DNA of 64,000 nucleotides, taken from positions 1,240,001-1,304,000 of the forward strand of contig LSRY02000022.1 of NCBI GenBank assembly GCA_001643675.2, in the 5' to 3' direction. Shown piece after piece: positions 1-15,300 of the stretch. The notes beneath the pieces were generated by a model, which saw only the letters and a program-made list of their open reading frames with translations, did not search any database and had not been told where the DNA came from. Position numbers and translations under genes: made by a program. This DNA is from Monocercomonoides exilis PA203 (Eukaryota; Protista; Preaxostyla). The stretch's first letter is position 1; the number at the start of each line of letters is the position of its first letter.

Positions 1-329
1 TTTGAAAGAGAAAAATCATAATATTTGCGTTATAAGAAATGCTGCTCACTTCATGTATCACTTCATAATGAATTTTTGTTTGCATTATTCATCGATTTGA
101 AAATTAACAAAAAGGTTTAAAAATTGAATCATTAAATTAAAAATTACGCTTTTTGCACAAGAGAAATTAGAATGTATCATTTTTATTATTAAAGGACAAA
201 AAAGGAATTCTATTGTACATCTCTTTATTTTTCCAATCCAAACACAAATCGCGGCATGAAAAAATCCACCCTTAATATCTCAATCGAAAAGGGAAAAAAC
301 AAATAGCAGTTATTCAAGGCGGAGATTAA

Positions 330-3300
330 ATGGACAATGGAGCCCCTCTTAATTTTGGAGATTTAATATCAGTTCGATACTCCGAAGAAACAAATCATTC
401 ACTTCTTTCTATTGCCCATGGATGCTCTGCAATGTTTTTTCAAAATGATGGTATTCGTCTTAATAAAAGATATCATTTAACACATTTATAATTTTTCAAT
501 ATACTTTTATTTGTTCTATAGATTCATTATTTCCTGCATCTGATTTGTTTCGATATTTCGGACAAAATGTGTGGGAAATTGTATCTGCTTCAAATGCTTC
601 AACTACAAACACAAATGACACAAATTTCACAGTTCATTACGGCACAGTTTGCAATTGAGACTATTTTATGACACATTAATATTTGAAATTCTTAATATTT
701 AATGTTTAAAAACAGACTATAAGTTTAAGGTCTTTTTACGAGAAAAAATATTTAGGAATGAAGAAAGGCGACTTTGGAGGAGAAATTACTGTGAGTCAAT
801 CACAAGATTTTGCATATTTTATTATATTGCCTGCGTCATCTTCCAAAGAAATAGGTTTGTGAATTTTTGTTAAGAAATATTTTAATGAATTCTGTGTCTG
901 TTTAACTTTTCAGGTGATCCTGTGAATACGGGAGATACGATTTATTTAATAAATACTCTTCTTAATTTATATTTTTGTATTGATCCCAATCATGGTCTTG
1001 GAGAATCCGTTAAAAGAAATTCAGACCATGAACAGCCTTTGTGGGAAGAAAGATACGTTCCTCTTCAATGTACGACTATTGTCGTTTTAATAACTAAAAT
1101 TATTATCGCTATTTATTTTATTTTATTTTATTTTATTTATTTTAAATATTTTTTATAGGCACACCTGACAAAACCCCTTGGATAATCCAGCGATTTGGCA
1201 GCAGCTTTGCTGATCAGATATTTCTTCATGTTGTGGCAACAGAAATATTACCCTCAACACACAACCAAAGAAACAGGCAGATAACTTCCGATCCAATTTC
1301 TGACAATGCCATCGCCAAACCCGAAGCTAGTGATGTAACTGAACTCACAAACAACAACACGGAAGATGCCACTGACAAAAGCGACTCTTCCATTTCAACA
1401 GACCAACTTTCCTTGCCTTCTGAACATAACATCTCCAGCAGCCGTCTTCCACACCGAAGGCTGTCTCGTGAGCCGATCTCATCCAAGTTCCTCTTCACAT
1501 ACTGCATCATCCGCTTGGAGCGTATTTCTGCTGGGGCGATTTTGTCTGCCTCTCATTCGCCTGTGTTTAATGTCATCCTCCCTCCCTTTGTGGCTCCTTA
1601 TTGTGCAAGTGATTACGTCCCTCCTTCTTCTCAACCTTCTTCTTCTTCTTCTTCTTCTTCTAATCAGAAGCAGCAAAGACTTCAAAAGAGAGCTTCTTAT
1701 CATTCTTCTTCTTCTTCTTCTCCCTCTCCTTCTCCTCCTTCTTTCACAAATCACCAAACTTCTTCCTCTTCTTCCTCTTTTTCCTCTTCTTCCTCTTCCT
1801 CATCCAAAGACCAATCACACAAACAACCCCTTTCCCTTCCTCCACACTCATCTAAACCATCAGTCAAGACACCCCCCGAGAACAAAGGAGCATTCAAAAG
1901 GAGAGTGAGGAAGATGCTGATGCTTATGCGGTGTGTCAGGCAGGTGGGGAAGACAGCGATGCAGCAGAGAATGACAAAGCAGATTGTCACTCAGAAGAAG
2001 TCCCTGTCTGATCCACACATGATTTCAGCACCATATTCAGCTATTCCTTTTATAAGGACGATGTCTTTATCTTCATCATCGTCGTCTTCTTCCTCTTCCT
2101 CCTCTTCTTCTCAATCACATGGGAGTGATCAAGCTATTCAGAAGAAGGAGAAGCCGTTCAGTTCCCTTCCACCCGCACAGCGTGTGGCAAAGGCAGTTGA
2201 GCAGAGTTTGGGTGAATATTGGGTCATTGAACCTACTTTTGTGCTGTCTTCAAGATTGCATTCTTCTTCTTCTTCTTCTTCTTCTTCTTCTTCTTCTTCT
2301 TCTTCTTCTTCTTCTTCTTTAAATTCTTCTTTTCCCTCCACTTCATTATCTTCTTCATCCTCTTCATCTTCCTCTTCCTCTTCCTCTTCCTCTCCTCCTT
2401 CTTCTTTATTTCCCACTGTGTCATTAAAAGAACTTACGCAAATGAACAAAAACCCATCATCATCATCATCATCATCATCTTCTTCTTCTTCTTCTTCTTC
2501 CACTTCATTTTCTGATCTTTTCAATGCTTTCTCTCAAAACGCAGGTATTTTGCGGTGGAAAGACACATTTCTCATTCGCCACTTCGTCTCTGGCCTTTAT
2601 TTGACTGTTCTTCCATTGGACATATCTCATTCATTGGAAACTGCTTCTTCTTCTTCTTCTTCTTCTTCTTCACAACACAATTTCTTGACTGCATTTAAGC
2701 AGATTGCTGACTCCTCTGCTTTATCTTCTTCTTCTGATAATCCTTCTTCTTCTTCTTCTTCTGATAGCATTTTGTATCGTCTTCGTCTTCTTCCTCTTCC
2801 TTCTTTTTCTCCTTCTTCTTTGCCTTCCTCCTCCACATCATTCCAACCTTCCTCCAATCAGCTCTTCTCTTCCTTTCTTCCTTCTTCTTCTTCTTCTTCT
2901 TCCTCCTCCTCTTCTTCTTTCTCTTCTTCTCTTTCTCAACCCGACCCTTCCTGGTTCCTGTGGTCGTTCAAGCCCCTCCACATCACCTCTTCTCTCGAAC
3001 ACCCCATCCGAATGAACGAGGCAGGGATGCTCTGCCACAGGGCAACTGGGCTTGTTCTGAGGCATGCAACGCTTGCTGGATCACAGAAGAACATATCATT
3101 GATCAGACAGCCAACTGAAAGAGGAGGAAGAAGAAGCGGAGGAGGAGGAGGAGGGAATACAATATTTGCATTGCAGAAGAGGAGGTGGAAGAAGATGGAG
3201 GAGAAAGATGGAGGAGAAGGAGAAAGAGAAAGAGGAGAAAGAAGAGGAAGGATGGGGAGAGGAAGAGGAGGGGATGACGATGATGAAGAAGGAGAGGAAG

Positions 3301-6300
3301 ACAATGGCGATGAAGATGATGGAAGGTTGCTGGATGATGAAGGAAGCGATGAATTTGAAGATGAATATGAAGATATCAATGGAGAAACAGAACTTTTTTC
3401 GCCTTCTTCTTCTTCTCCTTCGTCTTCTCCTTTTTCTTCTTCTTCTTCTTTTTCTTCTTCTCCAAAATGTGTAACACCAAAAGAAACAGGCAAAAAACAA
3501 AAAGATGGATTGAATAACGACAAGTCTCCAATTTTGTCTTCTTCTTCTTCCTCTTCTTCCTCTTCTTCTGATAGTCCACATCATAACTTGCTTAGTCCTG
3601 TTGATTCATCTTCATCCTCTTCTTCTTCTTCTGTATTCACTTCATCATCATCATCATCATCATCTTCTTCTTCTCTTTCAACAGACAATAATTCCACCTC
3701 ATCCACTTCAATTAAGCCATCTTCTGATGCAAATGAGCCCAAAACGCGTTTCCGCTTCAAAAACCTCATTCTTCAGGCATCACGAAAGGCAAAGACATTC
3801 CAAATGAACTCACAACAAAACCAACAAGAAATGGATGGAGTGCAATCTTCTCAAATGCCTTTATCTCCTTCCAGTTATGATCAGAACAATGGAAAACCTC
3901 TGCCTTATCAGCAGCTCCAACAGCTTCAACATCCAACATTTTTATCTTCTTCTTCTTCATTTTCTTCCTCCTCCTCCTCTTCTTCTTCTTCTCTTCTCAC
4001 CCACAAGTCCATCCAAACGCAAGCCCTGCAGTTCATCCACTCCTCCCAGTTCTTCCACACCATCATTTCCACCTACCAGCCAGACCCTCTCTATCTCCAG
4101 CCCGACCTCACAAGCCTTTCTTCCACCAATTTTGTCTCTTTGTATTCCCCCTCAGATGAAAAGGACGCATGGAGAATGACGTCTGCAATGCCCTTTGATT
4201 CTCTTGTGGTGTGTGAGTGTTTGCAGACAGGAAACAGAATTTCGAAGGCAATTGCAGAACACGAGGCAGTTATGACAAGGCTGATTGACCAGGCGAAGGA
4301 GAAGTTTGAGGGGTATATTGCAATGGCATTTCCTGAGGATGATGATGAAAACAATAATAATAACAACAATAGTGCAGGTATTAATGGGGGAGAAGGTGTA
4401 GAACATTCAATAATGTCTTTATCATCATCATCGTCAGCATCATCAACATCTTCTTCTTCTTCTTCTGCCTTCTCTTCCTTCAACAACAACAATAATAATA
4501 ATCCTTCTTATAATTCATCCATCCACATCGACAATGCCCAACCAGCTGGCCACACCGCCTTCTCTTCCTTCTCCTCTGCCAACACATTCGCTGCCATCAC
4601 CTTCCCTCTCCTCCTCTTCCCCACCCACCACGTCCTCTCCTTCCTCTCCCTCATCTCGTCCTCCGTCCACAAGATCCTCACCCTCGTCTCCTCTGAGCTT
4701 GAGCCTTCTTCCCATCTCTTCAACTTCGAACTGGCTGCGTTCCTTTCAAACAGCCCTGTCCTCCTCCGCTGGCTGCAGGATGTGCTGTGTGCGTCTGGCT
4801 TCATCCGCCAGTGCATCCGCATCATTGCCCATCTGGTGGCACTGAATTCGCTTGTCTCTGAGTCTTCCAGGGCTTCTTTCCATCACCCGCCTGTGTTATC
4901 CAAATTCAATCCGATGAAATACTCGTTCTCCTTCAGAGGAAACACGAAGAATGTCGAAGCGATTGAGAAGGAGATTAGAACAGCGTTGCATTCTGTGTTG
5001 TGCCTTTTGAGTGTCATCTGCCTGGCCAACCAGAACATGACAAGGGCTGTGATGACTTCTGTGCTTGTCCTCCCTCCCAATGAAGAGCTCTCTTTCTCTC
5101 TTGACAGCAGACACACGTCGCTTTCTGTGTCTTCCCAGCTGTCGCTCACCAATCTCCTTGTGCAGGCGAGTGAATTAGACAGCCTGGCTGTGTTTTCCCT
5201 CTTCACCTGCCTCTTCTGCACGGACAGGTTGTCGGCTGAAAACATCCCAGCAGACATTTTGGTGCAGCTGCTGTTCAAATCGAACAGAATGTTCAACCTA
5301 AACAGGCTTCTTTGTTTGCCTTCTGTTGCTTCTTCTTCTTCTTCTTCTTCTTCTCTTTCCCATCAGCAAGGCAATCAACTAATGCCATTTGTCTCTCCCT
5401 TGTCACCTCTTTCTCCTCTTTCTCCCTCTCTTTCATTCTCTGACCCTTTCAAAGGAAGAGAAAAAGATCCATTTGATCTCACAACACCACACAATTTGAG
5501 TGGAGGAGGAAACGAGCAAACAGAAGTTGTACAAGTTTCTGCCCTTCTTTCGAATCACAAGCCAACAATTTCACCTCCTCACCTCATTTCAGGCTCCTCC
5601 AGCTCACAATTAATGTCTTCTTCTCCTTCTTTCTCTCTCTCTGCATATCCTTCCTCTTCTTCCTCTTCACTACTTCCTGTCTCTTCCCTCTCTGATGCAG
5701 TCACTGCCCTTGAGACCTCTATCCACATGCTCCGCTTCCTCTCATCCCTCTGCAGAGAACCTTCTCCCAACTGCATCATCTTCTCCCTCTCCACCAGTGC
5801 TGCCCCTGACTTCATCACCCACCACACCACAGGCGCACACGTGGCTATTGAAGACTTGAGGCTGCAGACAGGCTCGCTCTATCCAGACGATGGGCAGTGC
5901 ATGATGATTGGGGAGAAGATATTCAACATCATCAACTCTTCCATCGCCTCTTCAACGACAACAGCAGCTGCTGAGCAGATTATCGCAGCAGATGCAGCGG
6001 AGGCGGTGGAGATGAGGAAGAGAGGCAGGAAAGGGGTTTCAAATAGGAGCAGTGGAAATGACAAAGGAGAAAATGAAGGAGCAGAAGGAGGAGGAGAAGA
6101 TGGAGAAGACGGAGATGAAGAAGGGGAAGGCGAAGAAGAGCTCAAAACAGTTCCGAAGGATGCGATGCATGCGACCAACCGATTCACCACATTTGTGCCT
6201 CCACCAGAGGAAGCAGTGAAATGCTCCCCGTTGGCTGCCGAGTCCTTTTCTGCAGACAGAGCCATTGCTCGCAATCAGACGATGGTGGGTGTGTTGTTGT

Positions 6301-9300
6301 TTGGGCAGCACCAGGAGAGAGTGGCGAATGTGGCGAAGAAGCTTTTCAGCGCAATGAGGATGAAGTCGGCTGCTGCTTCTGCTGCTTCTCGATCGCCAAA
6401 GGGAGGGTATATTGCGAGTAATCCGAATGCATCATTAGCTCCTTTGTCTTCTTATGCGCTTTCACCTTCTGCCAATCCATATTCAATTTCTTCTTCTTCT
6501 TCTTCTTCTTCTCACTTTTCTCGCTTCTCCTCCTTCCCTTCTGCCTCTTCTCTCTTTTCTGCCTCTGCCCTCTCCTTCTCTCGCATGCTCTGTTCTGTTG
6601 TGGAGTTCAAAGTCACCACTGACCCTGCTGTTATATCAAGCTCAAAGAATTACTTTCCCATTTTGGATGATTGTGCGAATATTCGTCTGTTTAGCCAGAA
6701 AATGGATGGGAAAAAGACGAATGATTCATCTTCGTCTGCTTCACATGCACCTTCTGATTCAGTAATCTCTTTAAGCAACATTATTTCTTCAGCGTCTTCA
6801 TCCTCTTCTTCTGCTTCTTCCGCATCCAATTCATCTTCTTCCTCTTCCTCCTCTTCCTCTTCTTCTTCCTCTTCTTCTTCCTCCTCTTCCTCTCCTCTCC
6901 CCCATGTTCCCTATGCCTCTGTCACCCTCTCCACCATTGCAGGTGAAGTAAGTCTCCTCACTTTGTGTGGCATCGACCGCTCATATGAGCACAACCCCCA
7001 TCTCCATCCATCTCAAAAGCATCTTCTGTCTCTTCTTCCAGAGTACTTCATCTTCTGCCTCAACCTCATGCGTGATTTGTGTATTGGACAGCACTCCGCG
7101 AATATTTCCCATGTTAATCGCATTCTCCCTCCTCATGTGCTCCTCCACATCATCAGAAGCAGCTTCATCCCCCTCAAAATTCGTGCGGCTGCTTTGTCTC
7201 TCTTCCGCCACTCGTTCCTGCTGGCACCAGAGAGAGAGCCAGTCAAATGGACATGGATTAAGATATTCAGAGAAGAACACACATTAAATGGAGATGATGA
7301 TGAAGATGGCAGCAGAACACTGATGAGGAATACAAGATCAGCTGTTGGTTCGAAAGCGCTTTCTTCATCAAATTCTTCTTCTTCTTCTTCATCATCAAAC
7401 AATGAAAGAAGTGAAAATAACGATGAAGACGAAGAAGAAGAAGATGCCGAGTTGAAGACAGAGGTGCTGAAGGAGTGTGTGATGCACCAGTTTCTGCTGT
7501 GGGTGCGTGGGATGATGAGCAGAATATCCAACCCTATGATAGACAACACACTCCAATACAATCCAAACAATGACGCATTCAATGATGGAAGCAATGGTGA
7601 ATTGACTGCAGGGCAGACGCCGAAGACGAGGAGGAGGCACAGAAGATGCAGTTCAGTTGCCTCGACTGCCTCGGCCAGAGTGGAAGACACGCCACTCGCA
7701 AAGGCGCTGTTGAAGCAGACACAAAAGGAGCATTCAACAGAAATGGACAGATTGGTGGGGAAGTCGCAAACACTCAGAAGTTACATTGAATCGCGTGTTC
7801 CTGCTGCATTTCCGCCGTATTGTACTCCTTCGAATGTGTCAGCAGTGATGAATGTGCTGAACAAAGCGAGGGATGAAGAGGCAGGGCTGGCAGTGGGTGC
7901 GAGTGTGGAGCAGGCGAATGGAGGAAGCAATCAAACAAGTGATAACAGCAATAACGGTAGTAGCAGCAGCAGTAACATTCAGAATGGAGGAGAAAGAAGA
8001 AGAGAAGCAAATGAACAGCTTGTGAAGTGTGAGGACAACAGAGAAATAAGCACAGAAGACGATTTTGTGTATTCTGAGGCAACAATCCACCACTCAGCAA
8101 ATGAGCTGTTACGTTCTCCAGAACACCTCATCTTGGTGAAAGAAGTGATTCACTGTCTGTATGTGTTATTATTGACTAAGGTTATTTCCTTTGATGCATA
8201 TGAGAGTGAGATCAGGAGTGGGGTGGCGACGATTATGGTGCTGTCACCCCTGCTGGATGAGCACTTCTACACACTCACACTGAACAAGCAGGCACTCAAT
8301 GCATATGGTGCAGACAGGACAAAGTACAAGAGCATCGTCTATTCCATTGCAGACTCGGCGGGGGCTGTCACACGCAACACATTGTCATTGGCTGCTGACA
8401 GGCTGCACAGAACACCTTCTCTTCACTACACGTTTGAGGCGCTGCAGATGCTGGTTGTGTCATTCTTGCTGTTGGGGCAGGCGACGGTGTGCAGGTCGAA
8501 GGTGGATCTGATTTGGAGGCTGTTTGTGAGTGGGATAGGGAATGCGTGGAAGATGAGGGTGAAGATGATGAACGGGATGGAGGAGAATAAAATGTTGATG
8601 CAATCATCATCACCATCATCATCATCTTCTTCTTCTTCTTCTTCTATATCATCTACTGATAATAATAATAATAATAATAATTCAGGTTCTGAACTGAAAC
8701 GCAGAAGGATAGCAAAGACGTTGACAGATGCTGACTTCAGGAATATTCTGCAACATGCAGCTGATCCCTCTCCAAATACAAGCAATTCACAAGGTTTATC
8801 ATCAAATTCATCAACAAAAATTGCAAAGTCCAATCAATCTTCAAAGAATTCATCATCAAATTCATCATCGTCTTCCTCGTCTTCCTCTTCCTCTTCCTCT
8901 TTTTCAACCGCCCTCTCCCTCACCTCCAATGACTTCACCCACACACGTCTTGTCTCATCCCTCCGGCGCAGCATCGACACACCCCCCTTCATCACCAACC
9001 GCTGCCAGGACTTCACCTTCCTCTCTCTCAACCACCTCGGCATCAACAAGCGAAGACTGCAGTTTTACGTGTCATCCCTCAACAGCAACGCGGCTGTGGT
9101 GAACATGCTGAGGAACCTATCAGTCACCAGCAATGGAGACCTGGGGGAGAAAGAGAGGCAGCTGAAGAGGACGATCTGCTTCCTCCGGATGGTCATGCAG
9201 AGGCCTCCGACGAAGGAGAACAGGCAGCTCGCATCGCTGCTCCTGCTGAATGTGTGCGACTTGTTTGAATTCGAGCCAGAAATAGAGTCATACACACGAT

Positions 9301-12300
9301 GCATCCACAGGCAGAACGAAGAGAGCGAACGATCGAAAGCGCCAGAGAGGTTGCTGTCGCCTGCTGATTCACTCGCTCCTGTCATGTCTTCACACACAAA
9401 CAGCAGAGAAACCAAACAGAGCCAACAACCTCTTCGTCCGTTTCCCATCCACCGGATCGAATTGAAGCCGTTTGAGAAAGGGAAAGGGAAGAAGTTGGGC
9501 GATGATCAGGACTTAGCTGATTCGTGCATGTTGTACACACGCACACCCAAGAGAACACACAACATGATCACAGCAAGGATCAAGGGATTGACACTGGGGC
9601 TGTACCACATTGTCATTCAGCATGTGCAATTTCTTGCTTCTTCGGTGGATGACATTCTTCATCAGGTGTCGAGATTCTCACCTGTTCCACTTCAACTGCC
9701 ATCACTCACGAATAATATTCTGAACAGAGTGTCTTCTTCTTCAAATTCTTCTTCTTCTTCTGATATTAGCAACACTTCATCATCATCATCATCATCTTAT
9801 TCTTCTTCTTCTTCTTCTTCTTCTTCTTCTTCTTCTTCTTCTTCTTCTCCCATCAACACCTCAAGATCCACACCTTCTTCTTCCTCTTCCTCTTCCTCTT
9901 CCTCTTCCTCTTCCTCTTCAACCAACCCAGTCAATCTTCACACCAACCATGTCCAGCTTCCCTCTCTCCACATTCTCCACTTGTCTGCTTCATTGGATAT
10001 CCCCCACCTTCTCATCATGTTCATCCAGCAGCTCCCTCGCATCAAGCCCAACCGCCCCCTCTTCTCCCTCCTCTTCCTCATCTCTGCCATGTTTGTGAAT
10101 GCACACAACAGAGAGAACGAAACAACCCTTCCCTTGCTGTACCTGCCCATCCTCTCCACCATCTTCTCTGAGATTTCTCTGAGTTCTGTGCCTGCCATGC
10201 TATTGCTGATAGCTCTGTTGGGCTGTAAGGAGTTCAGAGAAACGCTGAGTCCAGGACACGTGGCGACGATTGTGGGGCTGGTGGAGGTGTCAGCAAAGGC
10301 GAGGGAGACAGAAGCAGCTCAGAGGGCGAGGATGAGAGGGAAGAGGGGTTCTTCGCTGAATGAGATGGAGATGGAGATGAGGAAGAGGATGGCGAATACA
10401 GTGAGGGGAAAGGAGGAGGAGGAGGAAGATGAGAAGAGGAAGATGATGGTAGATAATGCTTTGGAGAGGAGAAGAGAAGAAACTAAATCTGTTGTTCCTT
10501 CTTCTTCATCTTCATCCACCCCTTTTCCATCACCTTTTCCTTCTCGTTTTCCTTCTCCCTCTCCTTATCCCTCTCAATCATCTTCTCCTTCTCCTTCTTC
10601 CTTCCGCATTGCAGAAGCAGCATCTCCTCCTCTTCGAATGCAGACACCCTTTGACGATGCAATGGGCGGGACAAACCTTCAAAGAAGCACACCTTCTTCA
10701 CGAATAGCAACTCCTGCCCTCTTCCAAAATCCTCTTTTCTCTTCTTCTTCTTCTTCTTCTTCCTCATCTTCCATTTCTTCTTCTGTTTCTGCTTCTCCAA
10801 CTGCAATGTATCCAACTTCTCCCACAAATGTGAGGAAAAATGAAGCAAACTTTGCAACTGTAACACCAGCCAGACCAGTTATCATATCACCATCAACTGA
10901 AATAAACACTTTATCTCAACCATCATCATCAACAACAGCATCTTCTTCTTCTTCTTCCTCTTCTCTCACCTTCCTCACTGCCAACACTCCCTCCGAGTAC
11001 TTTTCATGTGTCCAGTCAAACTTCCTCCCTCTTCGCGACCCGCCTTTCTTCGGAGTCTCTCTCTTCTGCGAGCTTCTTTCTTCCTGCTGTGGCAGCCCCA
11101 ACACAGCTGCCCCTCGTTCACTTCTTCTTCCAATTGAGAGAAATCAGCAGATTGTAAGGAATACCATCTCCAACCCTGTGGATGTGTTCACAGTGAGGTA
11201 TGAGGAGGAGCAGGTGAATGATATTTTGGAGAGGATATGGCTGTTGAGGAGGCAGATGATGAAGAGGGAGAGGATGAGGGAGGAGGCGATGAAGGCGTAT
11301 GTGTTGCAGCATCCGAATGCGAAACACAAGCTGATGCAGATGAAGGCAGAGGGAGAAAGAAGAAAGTTTCCTGTGCTGTCTTCAATGACATTCTCCAGAG
11401 ACAAATCAAAGTATCGGCAGATGAAGGCAGCTGGAGTGGCTTATGCTGCCCCGTTTTCTTCTCTTTCTTCTTCTTCTTCTTCTTTTCCTTCTCCAAATGC
11501 ATTTAGTTCATCATCCTTTAATAATAATAATTCCAATAATATCAATGTGAATAATGATTTCCTTAGCATGAGCGCTGAGCTAAGCACAGAGCCTCCTCTC
11601 CTCCAACTCTTCCTGTATGCTTCTCCTCAATCTCTCTCTTCTTCTTCTTCTTCTTCTTTCTCTCAAATGAATTCCTTTGCCAATTCCTCCTCCTTCAGAC
11701 AAGAGAGCTTCTTTGCCAAGCCTTTGGCTGCGTGTCGCTTAGCCCGCCTTGTTCTGAATGATCTGAGTGCCCTCTATTCATTCATCGACCCTAACAGCAC
11801 TGTGGAGAAGGCAGATGCTGAGAGAATGGACCCTGCTCTGCTGCCACCCAAGCTGAGCATGTTGGGAGAAGGAGGGGAAGGAGGAGAAGAAGAGGCACAA
11901 CAGATCGCTTTTTCGCTGTTTCCGAGGAAGATTGTGGCGTCATTAGTGAATGATGTGGTGATTGACAGGAGGTTGGATAAATTACACAGAAACTTCCACT
12001 CACTGATTGAGGCATCAAGAGCGTTGGATGCAGAGACGGAGGAGTTTGGGAATGGAGGAGGAGGAAGAGGAGGAGAAGGAGATGAGGCTGGGAACAACGG
12101 AGGCAGCTCACCAATCTTCCCTCCTTCTCATCCGGGGACACACAAAAAGCACACAGCACTGGCAATGGCAAAGGCCAAAGCGAAAGCTGCAGCCATTGCC
12201 AAAGCGAAAGCCAAAGCGAAGGCGAAAGGAAGAACACTTTCAATCCAAACAGAGTCAGCTGTGATGGCAGAGATGGAGGAAGGAGAAGGAGAAGAACAAC

Positions 12301-15300
12301 ATTTGGCAATGGCTGCACAGGAAGTGCATTATGAACTGACAGAAGATGAGAAGGAGGAGCTGAGAAGAGAGAAAGAAGAGTGGGAGGCAGAGAGTGAAAG
12401 GTATCTGCAGCAGCTGATCTACCTTCATCGCACACTCCTTCGCCATCTGTCCACTTTATTGACAGACGCTGTCTCACACATCAACTTCATCAACGCCCTC
12501 ACCCGCAGAGATGCCACACCGGATGAAGTGCTCTATGAGTCAGACGCCGATGCTGCCTCTTCTCCCCTCGTGCTTCTTCGGCAGATCGCTCCCTTGACTG
12601 ACATCACCCCCCTCCTGCTGAATCATTCGTCAGAGCTGCCTTATCCTTTCTTCTCTGCTGTGTGTTCTCTTTTGACGTCTGTTGTGCAGTCCACGTCGTT
12701 TGCGAGGATGCTGCCGTTGGAAAGGCAGAGCGTCACCCACATCGCCTGCTGGTGCTGCAAACAGTGCGAATTCTGTTCAGGTGCCCTTTGCGAGCTGATC
12801 GGCTTGTCAGCGGTGCCGATGCTGAGAAAGGCGTATGTGGCAATGAATCGTTCATCATCTGCAATGAATGGTGATGAAATGAGTGGGAATGAAATAGTGA
12901 AGAACTCAAAGACGAAGTCAAAGACGAAGAAAGGTGCGATGACAGCAGCACGCATCGAAGCAGCGAGGAGAGAAGGAGAAAGGAAGTTTGTTCAGCAGGT
13001 GGGCAAGTGGAAGGACGAGATTCTAACATCGCGTGTGACTGAGGTGCCTGTACTGTATCATTCCTTCAGACACGGCAGACTTATCAGGGCAAACACAGAA
13101 GAGTTGTTTGGAGTGCGGCAGAAGAAGATCAGCCTGGTGGAAGAGCTGTTCAACAAGTACTGTTCAGGCGATGACAGCAATGAAGACAACTTCGATTCTC
13201 CCAATGAGAGAAACTTTGATGGAAGCAGCAGTGTTTCTGCGCAGCTGCAGGCGTATTTCAATGAGCTGATGAATGTGGGCAAGACAGAATATCGTGTGGT
13301 GTATCTGCAGGAGCTGAAGCAGAGCTGTGCTGCTTCTTCTTCTGTAACTTCTCCTTCTCTTGCTTCTGCTTCTGATAGTTCTGATGGTTCTGGTGTTGTT
13401 TTCTCGAGTCCTACTCCTTCATCTTCATCTTCATCTTCATCATCATCTTCTTCTTCTTCATCCTCTTCCTCTTCCTCTTCAACCAACATCAGCATCACTC
13501 CATATTCCCAGAGGAGCCTTTCCAGTGCTGACTACGCATCCCACTCAAAAACAGGAACTGATCCTCCGCTGCTGATATCCAGGCACATTCTGAGTATGCT
13601 TCTTTCTCTTCTCTTTTCAGACCTCCTGCCGATGATGGCGCCGCTGTGTCAGCTGTTCATCCCGTTCGTTGAAGCACACTGGAAGAAGCAAGGGCAGCTG
13701 TTCTACTCATTTCTAGCGATGAAGACAGCGACGGAGATGAGGCAGAGGAGGAGGAAGCGGATGGAGAGGAAGAAGGCAGAAATAGCAGAGATGTTGGAGA
13801 AGCAATCAGCAGAAATCAAAAAGATGAAGATGAAGGGAAAGAAGCAGAGCAAGAATCAGAAGAGCACAAAGACTGGACTGAGCAAAGAAGAACTGCACCG
13901 TCTGTATGATGCAGAAGCGAGCAGGCAGTCGTTGGAGATGTATTCATACTTCTCACTCACTCTGCTTGACGAAGAGGAAGATTATCATTCGGATCCTGTT
14001 CAGTTAGAGGCAAGGCACAATGCTTTGCTGGATTTCTTGTATCCATCTGGCAATTTGGACAACATTTCCTTTAAGACAGCACAGCAGGTGAGGATGTCGA
14101 TGCTCTATGGGAAACCTCAGATGATCAACATGCTCATGAAAGGGATGAAGACTGGGCTGTTTCCTCTCACAACATCGCAGTCAAGTGGCTCTGGTTCTCC
14201 ATCGCCTACCCCCACGCCTTCACTCACACCCACTTCTTCTCCTTCTCCCACCCCCACTCCCGCTCCAACACCAACCCCGACTCCTTCTCTGCTAACACCT
14301 GCGCTTGTTGTGAAGGACAAGCCAAAGATTTTGAAGTCATCACTGGGCGATGTCAGCTGCATAGCCCACTCTCTCCGCTTTTGTGCTGCTGCCAGTGAAT
14401 CTTTGCTTCGCACGTCGTGTTCTCTGCTCTTCTTTGCCAAGATGCTAAACAGAGTCAATCCTTATCTCCCGTTCATCCCCTCTGGTGATGAAGACCTGCG
14501 CTTCTGCGGAGAAGACTTCTTCGTATCGAAAGCGATTGGCGTGTGGGAGCCTTCAAATAGACACAACAGACGGCAGCAGCAACAACAACAGCTTCAGTTA
14601 CAGCAACAAGAACAACAAGAGGGAAAGGGGAGTCGAAAGAGCAGAGAGGCAGAAGAGGAGAAGAGTGGAGTCATCGGAAAAGGGCAGATAAAGCAGAGGA
14701 GAGCCAATTTCATCACCGATCAGATGCTGTCTAACACAGAAGAAGTGAGAAAGATGATGCCGAGACGGATGATGGCGTTTGAGACGAGCGACGGCTGTGA
14801 AGAAATCTCATCAGCTGTCTCTGCCATCCGCCAAAGATTTGTCAATGTTAACTTGTCAAATGCCTCTTCCAGCAGTTCTTCTTCCTCCTCCTCAAAATCG
14901 TCATCTTCTTCTTCTTCCTCTTCTTCCCGTCGGTCAGCTGAGCTGTCGAGCATTGCCTCCTTTGAAGGAATAGGCTCCTTCTATTTTCTGCACCCAGAGC
15001 TGACAGAGAGGGTCATTGGCATCATTGGTGAAGACCCCACAGTGGCAGACAGCATCACGCAGATCATCTCGTTCTCTCTCAGAAATGCTCTTCATCTGCC
15101 TTTTGTGAGGCTGCCACTGGAGTTAGAGGAAGAAATGACTTTGTTTGCGAACGATGCTGCCTTGTTTCACAAGCTGAAGAGACATGTGGCGAAGAAGAAT
15201 GTGTTAGAGAGCAATAACAAGAATAAGATGAACAAGAATAAGAATATGAAAGTGAAGAACAATAAGAAGAGCAAGCAGTGTGGAGATAATGAAGCGATTG

